Shown here: piece after piece, positions 19,274 through 28,621 of the stretch | How positions within the stretch are numbered: the first letter of the stretch is position 1 | How the letters are laid out: each line of letters begins with the position of its first letter | Made by a program: the position numbers and the translations under genes | The notes under the pieces: generated by a model | What the model saw: the letters and a program-made list of their open reading frames with translations, nothing else | Database searches by the model: none | Told to the model about the DNA's origin: nothing | Source: a virus | Length of the DNA: 64,000 nt | Virus record (IMG/VR): IMGVR_UViG_3300025137_000014 | Location: 123,123 to 187,122 of that record | Reading direction: 5' to 3' (one strand)

Positions 19274-19597
19274 ATGAAACTTTCAAGTCTGTTAAGTGAA
19301 GATGCAAACTACAATGCACAGATGCGTAATGATATAAATGCGTATCTAGTGAGATTAAAAGCAAATGATATTGGTACCGTTGGTACTGATATGATGGTTG
19401 ACGAATTGACAGATATGGGGTACAGTGTTACTCCAGAAAGTTTAGTTGATATGTTAGCTAATAGCAAATATGTTAGCAAAGTAACAGTTGATACTATTGA
19501 TTTAGCTGGAGCCCCATCCGGTAAAACTGATAGTGATGAAGACGGTGAGAAAGTTAAAAAACTTGCTATTAAAACAGCGAAGAAGAGGATAAAATAA
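19274..19597 (+). CDS. Hypothetical protein
   Basis: 107 aa in operon. Confidence 0.6.
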   Translation: MKLSSLLSEDANYNAQMRNDINAYLVRLKANDIGTVGTDMMVDELTDMGYSVTPESLVDMLANSKYVSKVTVDTIDLAGAPSGKTDSDEDGEKVKKLAIKTAKKRIK

Positions 19598-20040
19598 TGG
19601 GCTTAATTATTAAAGGCGAACACAAAATTATTTCTAAAAAAGAAATGCAAGATAAGGTTGCTCAGGAAATAGAAAATAACGTTCAAGATGGAACTGAAAA
19701 ACTGTCTGATTCTCAAAAAGAAATTCGTAAAGAAATCGCTAGTGCAAAAAGACATCGTGAATTTATGCAAAGAGTTGCAGATAAGAAAGCGGTATCTACT
19801 AGAGAAGAACGTAAGATTGTTGAGAAAGAAGTTATCGAAACACCTGAGATTATTGTAGAAGCAAGAGCAGAAAAAGAAGCAGTATTGGCTTCTAAATCTG
19901 TATCACTTGCACAAAGACCAGATTTTGATTCAATGACTAAAAAAGAAATAGATATGTGGGCTGATGAAAATCTAGGTTTAACACTAGACCGTAGAAAAAC
20001 AAAAGCTGATTTAATCAAACAAATCAACGAAAATCTATAA
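19597..20040 (+). CDS. Hypothetical protein with C-terminal helix-extension-helix-like domain
   Basis: DFDSMTKKEIDMWA..LGLTLDRRKTKADLIKQI resembles Rho-N/HeH. Confidence 0.5.
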   Translation: MGLIIKGEHKIISKKEMQDKVAQEIENNVQDGTEKLSDSQKEIRKEIASAKRHREFMQRVADKKAVSTREERKIVEKEVIETPEIIVEARAEKEAVLASKSVSLAQRPDFDSMTKKEIDMWADENLGLTLDRRKTKADLIKQINENL

Positions 20041-20047
20041 ATAATAC

Positions 20048-20076
20048 TTGCATTGTTTGAATTTTTGTAGTATACT
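20048..20076 (+). promoter_or_regulatory. Sigma70-type promoter (leaderless exonuclease)
   Basis: TTGCAT-17-TATACT, ATG 6 nt downstream, no SD. Confidence 0.65.
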
Positions 20077-20082
20077 ATAAGT

Positions 20083-20772
20083 ATGCTAAATGAAAAATTC
20101 AAATATGAACCAATGGAGCGTGTTAATGTAGATGGCTCACGCCATTATCAAACACCTGGAGGCAAGCCATTGCCAAGTGTAACTACAGTACTAGATGCAC
20201 TTAAAGATAAAACAGCAATATATGAGTGGCGTAAAAGAGTAGGCGATGAAGAAGCAAATCGTATTATGAAACTTGCCACAGGCATAGGTACTCAAGTTCA
20301 CTTACATGTCGAAAAATTTATACTTGATGAAGATAGACCAAATGGTACAAATCTTATTCATCAAATGTCAAAAGAATTATCAAACATTATTATTGAAAAG
20401 GGACTCTCAAACGTAGATGAAGTTTGGGGCACAGAAGTTCCTTTATACTATCCCGGATTATATGCAGGTACTACGGATTGTGTTGGCGTATGGAAAGGCA
20501 AACCTGCTATCATTGATTTTAAGACTACTCGTAAACCAAAAAAGCGTGAATGGATTGATGATTATTTTTTACAAGGTGCCGCATATTCAGCCGCACATAA
20601 TGAAATACATGGAACAGATATCAAAACTATCGTAATCATGATGATTGGTTGGGATGAAGAAGCAGACAATAAAGGCAATTATCAAGAATTTGTTGTAGAA
20701 GAAAACGAATTTAGCAAGTATTCACTGCAATGGGCCAACAAGGTTCAAGAGTATTTTGATAAATACATGTAG
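20083..20772 (+). CDS. PD-(D/E)XK exonuclease
   Basis: LPSVTTVL, GTQVH, EVPL, AGTTD, IIDFKT, QGAAY. Confidence 0.88.
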   Translation: MLNEKFKYEPMERVNVDGSRHYQTPGGKPLPSVTTVLDALKDKTAIYEWRKRVGDEEANRIMKLATGIGTQVHLHVEKFILDEDRPNGTNLIHQMSKELSNIIIEKGLSNVDEVWGTEVPLYYPGLYAGTTDCVGVWKGKPAIIDFKTTRKPKKREWIDDYFLQGAAYSAAHNEIHGTDIKTIVIMMIGWDEEADNKGNYQEFVVEENEFSKYSLQWANKVQEYFDKYM

Positions 20773-20788
20773 TAACTAGGAGTTTTAG

Positions 20789-21574
20789 ATGGCTACAACT
20801 AATGTTAAAATTTTACTAAGACGTGGACTAAGAGAAGAAATTAGTGCAGACACCCTTGAAACGGGAGAAATGGGATTTGCTTATGATACCAATCAATTAT
20901 ATGTTGGTATTGACTCAGCAATAAATGAACTTATATTTGACCCATTTGCAAATGCACAAGCAGTCGTACAGTCTTGGTTAGATAGTGCGGATAACCCAGA
21001 ACCGGGACTAAAAATTGATGAAGATTTAGTTATTCGTCAAGTACAGGATGTGGATGCACTTATAGTCGCAATGGAAGGTTCAAGTACACCTTTTAATGTG
21101 CATGAGTATGCACGTGCAAGACGTAACGTTGAAGTCGTAACAGAAAACTCTTTCAATCAAATGTTCGCAGACCAGCATTTACAATCGCTAGATGCATCAA
21201 CTGGTAGGCGTTCTAGTCTATTTAAAAAAGAATTAACAACAACAGCAGGTACATTTCTACGATACCTTAAAACCGATTGCACATCTTTCTTTGTTGATTA
21301 CTCACTCAAACAAACAAACAATGTTAACACATATGTAAGAGTGGGACAAATAAAAGTAATTAATGGTGTCCCTCAAGGTATCAACCAAGTAAAACTTAGT
21401 GATGATAACACAGAAATCTGGCAAGATGATGGTGATAGTATCGCAGACGCAGATGAATTTTCAAATATTAATTTTACTGCGGAAATCGATGGTGATGATA
21501 TAAAGTTCAATTATACACAACTTTCAGGATATCAGACAGAGATAAGTTTTACAGTTAAACGATGGACAATGTAA
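20789..21574 (+). CDS. Tail/baseplate-associated protein (Mtd/hyaluronidase-type N-terminal motif)
   Basis: LLRRG...LETGEMGFAYDTNQLYVG. Confidence 0.6.
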   Translation: MATTNVKILLRRGLREEISADTLETGEMGFAYDTNQLYVGIDSAINELIFDPFANAQAVVQSWLDSADNPEPGLKIDEDLVIRQVQDVDALIVAMEGSSTPFNVHEYARARRNVEVVTENSFNQMFADQHLQSLDASTGRRSSLFKKELTTTAGTFLRYLKTDCTSFFVDYSLKQTNNVNTYVRVGQIKVINGVPQGINQVKLSDDNTEIWQDDGDSIADADEFSNINFTAEIDGDDIKFNYTQLSGYQTEISFTVKRWTM

Positions 21575-21575
21575 T

Positions 21576-22016
21576 ATGCAAGATAAAGCTACTTTGCTTT
21601 ATGAGTGGCGACAAATTAGACTAAAACTACAAGAAAACTTCTCAGAAAAGCAATTACAAGAAACTATGGATTGGTTCGCTAGTCTAAAACCAGCAGTCCA
21701 TGGATTTAATTATGACGATATGTACACTTGGCCAGATATATGGGAATATATCAATGAAGGTTGGTATACACTAAGTGGAAATGGACTAGCATCTTACTAT
21801 ACTTTAGATTTTGCTTACCCAGATAAAGATACTCAACTTTGGTTAGTACATGATATATTATATGGAGATATGTATTTGGTTACATATATCGATGGATACA
21901 TAGTCAATAGGTCAGGTGGAAAACTATGTAAGTATGAAGAAAACAAAAAAGACTTGCATATCATGAAAAAATTTGATAAAATAGAGATTATTTCGACACT
22001 TAAGGATCGGAAATAA
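21576..22016 (+). CDS. Hypothetical protein
   Basis: 146 aa in operon. Confidence 0.65.
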   Translation: MQDKATLLYEWRQIRLKLQENFSEKQLQETMDWFASLKPAVHGFNYDDMYTWPDIWEYINEGWYTLSGNGLASYYTLDFAYPDKDTQLWLVHDILYGDMYLVTYIDGYIVNRSGGKLCKYEENKKDLHIMKKFDKIEIISTLKDRK

Positions 22017-22054
22017 ATACATATATAATTAACTACATAAATACGAGAAAGCAA

Positions 22055-22360
22055 ATGTTAAAAACAAAACAATATAAAGAAGGCGATATAGTTACAATAG
22101 TAATGACTGGTGGACAGGAATTACTAGGGAAGTTTGTTAGCGAAAGCGGTACAGATTTTATCGTTAAAAAACCATTGACTTTGGTCTTTGGTAAACAGAT
22201 TTCGTTTCAACCATTCACTGTTACAGGTGATAGTGAAGGCGAAGTTGTTCTACGTGACGATAAAATAGTTTCAGTTTTGAGAACAAACAAAGAAACAACA
22301 AAGGCATACCAGTCTGCAACAAGTGGATTAGTAACGCCGGACAAAGGATTAATTACGTAA
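22055..22360 (+). CDS. Hypothetical small beta-rich protein
   Basis: GDIVTIVMTGGQELLGKF, Sm/SH3-like pattern. Confidence 0.55.
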   Translation: MLKTKQYKEGDIVTIVMTGGQELLGKFVSESGTDFIVKKPLTLVFGKQISFQPFTVTGDSEGEVVLRDDKIVSVLRTNKETTKAYQSATSGLVTPDKGLIT

Positions 22361-22665
22361 TGCCAGGAGCCGCAAGAACAACAGATGCAACAACTAACCA
22401 CCCACCATGTGGGCCTGGTAAGTGTGATATGGGGTCTGATAATGTTATTATCAATGGACTAAATGCATTTAGAGTTACAGACAAAGATACACCGCATGGT
22501 AAACCTTTAGGTGATCCTCTAGTCTGTGTACCACATGTAACACCTCTTGTCTCAGGATCTCCAAATGTAATTGTTAATGGTAGACAATTAGGTAGAATTG
22601 GTGACCCATTTTCATGTGGTATCGTAGTAGCATCAGGTTCGGGCAATGTCATTATAAATGGTTAG
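22360..22665 (+). CDS. PAAR-repeat spike-tip protein (T4 gp5.4-like)
   Basis: MPGAARTTD, GSDNVIINGLNAFRVTD, GSPNVIVNGRQLGRIGD, His/Cys Zn ligands. Confidence 0.88.
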   Translation: MPGAARTTDATTNHPPCGPGKCDMGSDNVIINGLNAFRVTDKDTPHGKPLGDPLVCVPHVTPLVSGSPNVIVNGRQLGRIGDPFSCGIVVASGSGNVIING

Positions 22666-22675
22666 GATTTAAATT

Positions 22676-24406
22676 ATGGCTAGTGAAGCAGAAATCGAAA
22701 GACTATATCAAGAGTTTGTAAATAGAGGTGGAGGACAATTTACGTTCTCTAACGTAAACACTACGCCTGCTCAGTATTATAGTGCAACATCTTCTGCATC
22801 ATTGACACCAGGACAACAAGCGGCTCTATTAGCAAAACAAGAACAATTTAACAGGCAATCTGCATTGTCAACTATTGCTAGTGAGTTAGCAGGAAACAAT
22901 TTTTCTAATCCTTATATAGCAAGAGCCGATAATAGTACAGGTATTATTCAGAACTTTGCTTTAAATCCAACATTAGCAAACGTAACTGCATTAGCAGGTG
23001 CATTCGGTTCATTCAACGCAGTTGAACAGACAGCTATATTTGCCGGTATATTAGAACTTACTGGTGTTGATATGGGTAATGTAATTAAAATATTAGGTAT
23101 AGGTGCATTAGGACTTGCATTATTTTCTTCTTTAAAAAATCACACAGCAGGACAAATGACAGACTTGCCAAAAACTTTATCAGATGCAAGTGCATTGGCA
23201 GGAATGAATTCACAGTTTGGTGAGCAAAAAGATAGTTGCTCATTTTTTAATGAGATACTAGGAGTATTAAGTGGAGCATTCGATGGTTCAATGGATTTCA
23301 TTGATACTGCTTTCGAAAAGTTAAATGGATTTTTACAACAAACAGGTATATCAGGAATTATAGACCAAATCACAAGTGCTATTAGTGGTGCAGGTGGAAT
23401 TATAGGTGATGTAATTAATGCAGTATCAGGTATTATAAATTCAGCAACATCAGTAATCAGTGGTGTATTGGGACAGATAGGAAGTCTAGTAGGAAAAGTT
23501 ACAAATGCAATAGCAGACGTAGTAAATCAAATCGCAAAAGAGGCAGAAAAACTTTTAAATTTAGCAACAGAATTAGCTTCAAAGGCATTAGCTTTAGCAA
23601 TGGCGGCCGCTTCATTAGACCCATGTCAAATGGCAGTCATACTTAATACAGGAAGTAATGATATGAAAGGCGCAGTAGATAAACTGACACAGCCTATGGA
23701 TACACTTTCTTCTATTCCGACAACAATAGATAGTAGAGCCGATGCAGGTACAGTTATGAAAACTATGGACCAAGCAAAGCAAGAGGCATCACAGGCACCA
23801 GGCGTCCCACAGTCTCCATTTACTGATACTGCTAAACTACATCAACCATTAGATGCATATTTGCATAATCTGTTTAATGAAGTTACCGGTATATTTGGTG
23901 ACACGTTTGATACGATTAAGAATGCAGTAGGTGGTTCTGTAGTTTCAACTGCATCTAGTACTGGATCACTTGCCTCATCTTCTAATGCAAAACCTAATAA
24001 ACAAACAACGACTATATCAAGCGATGCGTGGAGACAATGGCAGGGAACTTTTTCAAATACATTATTAGGATTAAAAAGAGATATCAAACATCTTAAGATG
24101 TTTATACAACAGGCTATTAATACTAAAACATTCTCTACAGAAGAATTGAAGAAACAAGCAATCATACTTTCAGAAACATTAGCAGAAAATGAAACTGCGG
24201 TATCTGCCGAGTTAAAAAGTGCAAATAGTCAACTAGTATATGAATCAGATGGTAATAAGTTTAGAATTGATAGTTTAGAACAAAACAAACTAGCACTTTT
24301 AAATTCTAAAGTTGCACCACATACACAAAGATTAATAAATCGTGTACAAAGAAGTTACGCAGATTCAGTAACACAGTGGAATTCAATAGACCAGAATGTT
24401 AGATAA
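22676..24406 (+). CDS. Large helical tail/baseplate-associated protein
   Basis: 576 aa, Gly/Ser/Ile-rich amphipathic repeats, adjacent to PAAR. Confidence 0.5.
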   Translation: MASEAEIERLYQEFVNRGGGQFTFSNVNTTPAQYYSATSSASLTPGQQAALLAKQEQFNRQSALSTIASELAGNNFSNPYIARADNSTGIIQNFALNPTLANVTALAGAFGSFNAVEQTAIFAGILELTGVDMGNVIKILGIGALGLALFSSLKNHTAGQMTDLPKTLSDASALAGMNSQFGEQKDSCSFFNEILGVLSGAFDGSMDFIDTAFEKLNGFLQQTGISGIIDQITSAISGAGGIIGDVINAVSGIINSATSVISGVLGQIGSLVGKVTNAIADVVNQIAKEAEKLLNLATELASKALALAMAAASLDPCQMAVILNTGSNDMKGAVDKLTQPMDTLSSIPTTIDSRADAGTVMKTMDQAKQEASQAPGVPQSPFTDTAKLHQPLDAYLHNLFNEVTGIFGDTFDTIKNAVGGSVVSTASSTGSLASSSNAKPNKQTTTISSDAWRQWQGTFSNTLLGLKRDIKHLKMFIQQAINTKTFSTEELKKQAIILSETLAENETAVSAELKSANSQLVYESDGNKFRIDSLEQNKLALLNSKVAPHTQRLINRVQRSYADSVTQWNSIDQNVR

Positions 24407-25104
24407 TGATAGGCATTTTTGGTGATAGTTTCGCCCACGAATTTAATAATAAAGTAGCACCGGGTTGGCCAACCCATTTATCCAGACTATATAACGAGAA
24501 AGTTGAAAATCATAGTTGGTATGGTACCTCTTTATCTTATTCATATAGAAAATATTTAGAAACTGATGTATTGAAATATTCTAAATTAATTTTTATATGT
24601 ACTGAGCCTGGACGTCAGCATCTTATCGATACAAACGGTAAAGAATTATTATATAATAATCAGACATGGAAAACATCTTATGATTTAAATTATCATCCTG
24701 AAATGCAAGAAAAGTTTGATATAAACGAAGACGATAGTACAAACAAACAAGTGTTAAAAGCGGCAGAATTAATGAATGCATGGTTTCCTGAAACTTGGAA
24801 CTTTTTAGAAGAAGTTATAAAACGTGACGTAACAAGAACACACTCTAATTCTTTAGTTATGAATATAATGGATTTATCTAATATTACAAATTTAGATGTT
24901 AATGGAAATTTAATGATTGATTACATAGAATCAAAGGAACTAGGCAGAACATGTCATTTGAGTAAGAAACAAAACGTAGAACTAGCTGGATACATTAAAA
25001 GATATTTTGATAACAGATTTGATATACATAATACTTTTAATAATGTAGAAAGATATTACACAAAAGCAAACACATTGAATGAAGCAGGATTAATAAGAAT
25101 ATGA
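24406..25104 (+). CDS. SGNH/GDSL hydrolase-like protein
   Basis: IFGDSF block I; CHLS near C-terminus. Confidence 0.55.
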   Translation: MIGIFGDSFAHEFNNKVAPGWPTHLSRLYNEKVENHSWYGTSLSYSYRKYLETDVLKYSKLIFICTEPGRQHLIDTNGKELLYNNQTWKTSYDLNYHPEMQEKFDINEDDSTNKQVLKAAELMNAWFPETWNFLEEVIKRDVTRTHSNSLVMNIMDLSNITNLDVNGNLMIDYIESKELGRTCHLSKKQNVELAGYIKRYFDNRFDIHNTFNNVERYYTKANTLNEAGLIRI

Positions 25105-25727
25105 ATACAACTTGGGTATTTGGAGAATCATCTGAATTTTCTAAAAAATTGATAGAAGAAGCAAACAAAAAAGATGATACTGTTTGTACATTTGGTAGAA
25201 GATGTACAGACTATAAAGATATAGCATTATTTCTTAAAAAGTATTATAAAGACCAACCAACAAAAATTATTATAAATGCTAAAACTGATTTTGAATTAGA
25301 AGATACTAGGCATGCAACAGATATTACCTTTAAATATATTACACCAATACAAACTATAAGTTTTCTTGCAGACATTCTTAATTTTATAGGGGAAAAGGCA
25401 TCAGCTAATAGACTGCCTGTGACAGTTGTGTATATTACAAGTTCAGCTACAACAAACAGCAATCAAAGCCGTAAGACACTATGGCGATTAAGAGAATATA
25501 TAGGGTTAAGACATATACAACAGGCGGCTATGTCAGCATGTGATACAAGATATATGCAAGTATTAGGGGTTAGTCCATCATATATGGACAACTCAAATAT
25601 TGATTTATATTCGAAACAAGTAATAGATATATTATACAATCCACCAGAAGTAAGAAGAGGATTAGCTGATTTGCATTTCCTTGATAAAGGATGGATAAGT
25701 TTATACGGATTAAAATTTCATGAGTAA
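25101..25727 (+). CDS. Degenerate short-chain dehydrogenase (SDR)-like protein
   Basis: WVFGESSEFS Rossmann strand, YITSS, YIGLR, VLGVSP. Confidence 0.5.
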   Translation: MNTTWVFGESSEFSKKLIEEANKKDDTVCTFGRRCTDYKDIALFLKKYYKDQPTKIIINAKTDFELEDTRHATDITFKYITPIQTISFLADILNFIGEKASANRLPVTVVYITSSATTNSNQSRKTLWRLREYIGLRHIQQAAMSACDTRYMQVLGVSPSYMDNSNIDLYSKQVIDILYNPPEVRRGLADLHFLDKGWISLYGLKFHE

Positions 25728-26343
25728 AGTTTGGTTATTTGGAGAAACATCTGAGTTTTCACAATCAATATTAAAAGAATTAAAAAATAAATCAGATGAT
25801 ATTCAAACATTTGGTAGAAGTAATATATCTTATAATGATCCTGTTATAGAACAGATTAATCTAAGTAAATTCCCACCCGATAAAATTATTATAAATGTGA
25901 ATTTAGATTGGAATAAGGGTGAAATAAAATACAGTGATAGATGGGAAAAACCTTTAACAATTATAAGTTCTATTTCAGAATTATTGAGATATTGTTATAT
26001 AGAAACATCTAAAAATATAACAGTAGTATATGTAACAAGTTCAGTAACAATTCAACCATTAAATGATAAAGATTTTATTAACTGGAAAGATTATATTTCT
26101 ATACGACATACTCAGCAAGCCATGTGGTCTGCATATGATTCAAAAAAACTTAAAGTATTAGCAGTTAGTCCTGCTAATTTAGATGATAATAATAGAAAAA
26201 AGTATGCAGAAAGATTAGTAGAAATTGCTTATAATCCACCAATAGATAGAAAATCTATAATAGATTTAAGTTGGTACGGTGGATGGAAAAACAATGGTTA
26301 CGAAAAAAATGAATGGCGTAATCTTTACGAAATTGATAAATAG
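25720..26343 (+). CDS. Degenerate SDR-like protein, tandem paralog
   Basis: WLFGETSEFS, YVTSS, YISIR, VLAVSP. Confidence 0.5.
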   Translation: MSKVWLFGETSEFSQSILKELKNKSDDIQTFGRSNISYNDPVIEQINLSKFPPDKIIINVNLDWNKGEIKYSDRWEKPLTIISSISELLRYCYIETSKNITVVYVTSSVTIQPLNDKDFINWKDYISIRHTQQAMWSAYDSKKLKVLAVSPANLDDNNRKKYAERLVEIAYNPPIDRKSIIDLSWYGGWKNNGYEKNEWRNLYEIDK

Positions 26344-26347
26344 ATAT

Positions 26348-27037
26348 ATGCGTATAGAAGAAATCATAAAATCTGTAGAAGAAGGTATTAATGACCCTCA
26401 TATATTTAAAGCAGTATTCATGGCTGGCGGCCCTGGTTCAGGAAAGTCATTTGTTGCTAAAAAGTTCCTTACAGGAACAGGTTTAAAGATGGTTAATTCA
26501 GACGAAATATTTGAACACCTAATGAATAAAAACAATTTACCATTAGAACCAGATACTATTGTTTCGCCACAAGGTAGAGAACAAAGAGATAGAGCCAAAG
26601 TACTAACACAGAAACGTAAAAATACTTATATTGATGGACGTTTGGGTTTAATTATTGACGGTACTGGCAAAGACGTAATGAAGATTGGTAAAATTAAAGA
26701 AGAACTAGCAAAAATCGGTTATGATAATATGATGCTATTTGTTAACACAAGCGAAGAAGTAGCACAGGATCGTAATACTCAACGTGCAAGAAGTATCCCA
26801 ACAGAACTAGTAACAAAAATGTGGAAACAAGTACAAGATAACATTATGAAGTTTCAACAAATGTTTAGTGCAGGACGTTTCTTTGTTGTTGATAACTCTG
26901 GCGGATTAGAAGATCCAGAAAGAGCAGAAAATTTTACAAAAGTTAATAAGTCTATTGATAAATTTCTTATTCAACCACCAACTAAGCGTCAAGCTAAACA
27001 GTGGATTGAAGACCAAAAAGCCAAACGTTCAAGTTAA
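26348..27037 (+). CDS. P-loop kinase (zeta-toxin/AAA_33-like)
   Basis: AVFMAGGPGSGKS, VNSD, IIDGTG, AQDRNTQRAR; start MRIEEI 5 nt after GATAAATA. Confidence 0.75.
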   Translation: MRIEEIIKSVEEGINDPHIFKAVFMAGGPGSGKSFVAKKFLTGTGLKMVNSDEIFEHLMNKNNLPLEPDTIVSPQGREQRDRAKVLTQKRKNTYIDGRLGLIIDGTGKDVMKIGKIKEELAKIGYDNMMLFVNTSEEVAQDRNTQRARSIPTELVTKMWKQVQDNIMKFQQMFSAGRFFVVDNSGGLEDPERAENFTKVNKSIDKFLIQPPTKRQAKQWIEDQKAKRSS

Positions 27038-27093
27038 GGCTTGACATTTCCCAACAAATATAGTATTATAGTATATAACTTTAAAGGTGAATA

Positions 27094-27948
27094 ATGGCTA
27101 ATAGTGTAATCGAAAACTTTCAAAACTATCGTAAAGATATTGACATGGAGTTTATACAAAAAACTCATGTACATTACTGTACACCTTGTTATGGTGGACA
27201 AGTGACAGAACCTTACTTCCGTAGTTGGACTAGGGCACATATGATGTTTACAAAATATCAAATACCTTATTCAGTTACAACAAGTGCAAACGAATCTTTA
27301 ATATCAAGAGCAAGATGTCATATGGTAGCTTACTTTATGGCAAACCCAAAAGCAACACACATGATGTTTATTGATGCTGATATTAACTTTGATTCATTAG
27401 ATATATTACATATGTTGCAACATGATAAAGACATTGTTGTAGGTGCATATCCAAAGAAAGATTTAGATTGGCGAGGAATAGAACGTAAAGTTTTAGGAGG
27501 TCGTGCAGATACTTTGGAACAGATACAACGAGCAGGTGCCAATTATGCATTAAACTTTGATTGGGAATTACAAGAAGATAATACACGTAAAATAAAAGCT
27601 AAAGATGGTTTAGTAAAGTTGCGTGATGCGGCAACTGGATTTATGTTGATTAAACGAGAAGTAATTGAAAAGATGATTGCCTCATATCCAGAGTTGTATT
27701 TTGAAAATGATTTAAATTTAGATGAAGAATTTGCTAAGTGGACTTATCTGTTTTTTGATTGTATGCATGAACAAGATACTAAAAGATATCTATCAGAAGA
27801 TTATGCGTTTTGTCGTAGATGGCAAGCATTAGGTGGAGAAGTTTGGTTAGACCCACTAATCAATTTAGACCATATAGGACATTTTACTTTTTCTGGAAAT
27901 GTCGGTAAAATATTTCAACACGATTCTTCAATCGAGGATGATACATAA
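27094..27948 (+). CDS. Glycosyltransferase (GT-A fold)
   Basis: CTPCYGG, FIDADI DxD, ATGFMLIKR, YLSEDYAFC; promoter TTGACA-17-TATTAT at 27041. Confidence 0.8.
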   Translation: MANSVIENFQNYRKDIDMEFIQKTHVHYCTPCYGGQVTEPYFRSWTRAHMMFTKYQIPYSVTTSANESLISRARCHMVAYFMANPKATHMMFIDADINFDSLDILHMLQHDKDIVVGAYPKKDLDWRGIERKVLGGRADTLEQIQRAGANYALNFDWELQEDNTRKIKAKDGLVKLRDAATGFMLIKREVIEKMIASYPELYFENDLNLDEEFAKWTYLFFDCMHEQDTKRYLSEDYAFCRRWQALGGEVWLDPLINLDHIGHFTFSGNVGKIFQHDSSIEDDT

Positions 27949-27954
27949 GAAATA

Positions 27955-27974
27955 AAGAGGGCCTAAGCCCCCTT
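27955..27974 (-). terminator. Terminator for the minus-strand small-ORF cassette
   Basis: On the minus strand AAAGGGGC-TTAG-GCCTCTTT followed by U-rich sequence. Confidence 0.7.
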
Positions 27975-27980
27975 TAAGTT

Positions 27981-28028
27981 TTACTCACCGTTAATGAATT
28001 TTAGTTCTTCATCTGTATAAGGCCACAT
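27981..28028 (-). CDS. 15-aa peptide MWPYTDEELKFINGE
   Basis: GAGGA SD 7 nt upstream; not in the ORF track. Confidence 0.5.
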   Translation of the reverse strand: MWPYTDEELKFINGE

Positions 28029-28146
28029 AGTATTTTCCTCTTGTTGTTTAGTTCGTTTAGATTTTTTATCTAATATTCCTCTACCAGAGTCATCAGATAA
28101 AAATATTGTTGATATCAATAAAGTAATGACAGCCGTTTTAATGAAC

Positions 28147-28272
28147 TTAGGCTATCTCCTGGTCATCACACATCAAACTTTTTGCTTGTTTGTGATAACC
28201 TTGTCTTGCTAATTCACTTGCCGCTCTCATACGACCAATATGTTCAAACCATATCATAAATCTTTTAAACAT
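28147..28272 (-). CDS. 41-aa small protein MFKRFMIWFEHIGRMRAASELARQGYHKQAKSLM...
   Basis: Hand-translated; TAATG coupling to the upstream ORF. Confidence 0.7.
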   Translation of the reverse strand: MFKRFMIWFEHIGRMRAASELARQGYHKQAKSLMCDDQEIA

Positions 28273-28424
28273 TACACCCACCCTTTTAAATTCTTATTCA
28301 TTAAAACTCTTTGTCTGCGTTCTAAATCTTGCAAATCATGTGAGTTTGCAAGGTAATCATACTCTATTTGTGCCTGTGTTCTAGGTCTTATTACATTCCA
28401 TACTTTTTTTACTAACTTAATCAT
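28272..28424 (-). CDS. 50-aa small protein (DUF3563-like by recollection)
   Basis: EYDYLANSHDLQDLERRQR; TAATG coupling on both sides. Confidence 0.7.
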   Translation of the reverse strand: MIKLVKKVWNVIRPRTQAQIEYDYLANSHDLQDLERRQRVLMNKNLKGWV

Positions 28425-28621
28425 TAATTTCTTTTCGCCTTTACATTATTGTGCACCGCACCGATATTCTTTGGTCCAACACCTGTTTGGATCATTGTGT
28501 CATAGGCATATTGCCAATCTTTTTTGTACTCTGTTTTAGCCCATGTTTCGAATTCTGCTTCTCTACGACCTGGTCGGGCCGCAAAAACACTCATAAGGCC
28601 ATTGAAAAAATTCAACGTCAT
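28424..28621 (-). CDS. 65-aa small protein
   Basis: GGAG RBS; first gene of the cassette. Confidence 0.7.
   Translation of the reverse strand: MTLNFFNGLMSVFAARPGRREAEFETWAKTEYKKDWQYAYDTMIQTGVGPKNIGAVHNNVKAKRN

Noticed and set aside
20083-20772. Cas4-like nuclease suggesting CRISPR
   Set aside because: No repeat-spacer array or other cas genes seen; no four-Cys Fe-S motif; ordinary phage PD-(D/E)XK exonuclease
22360-22665. PAAR as a sign of a type VI secretion system
   Set aside because: No T6SS membrane or baseplate genes; phage context explains it as a gp5.4-like tip
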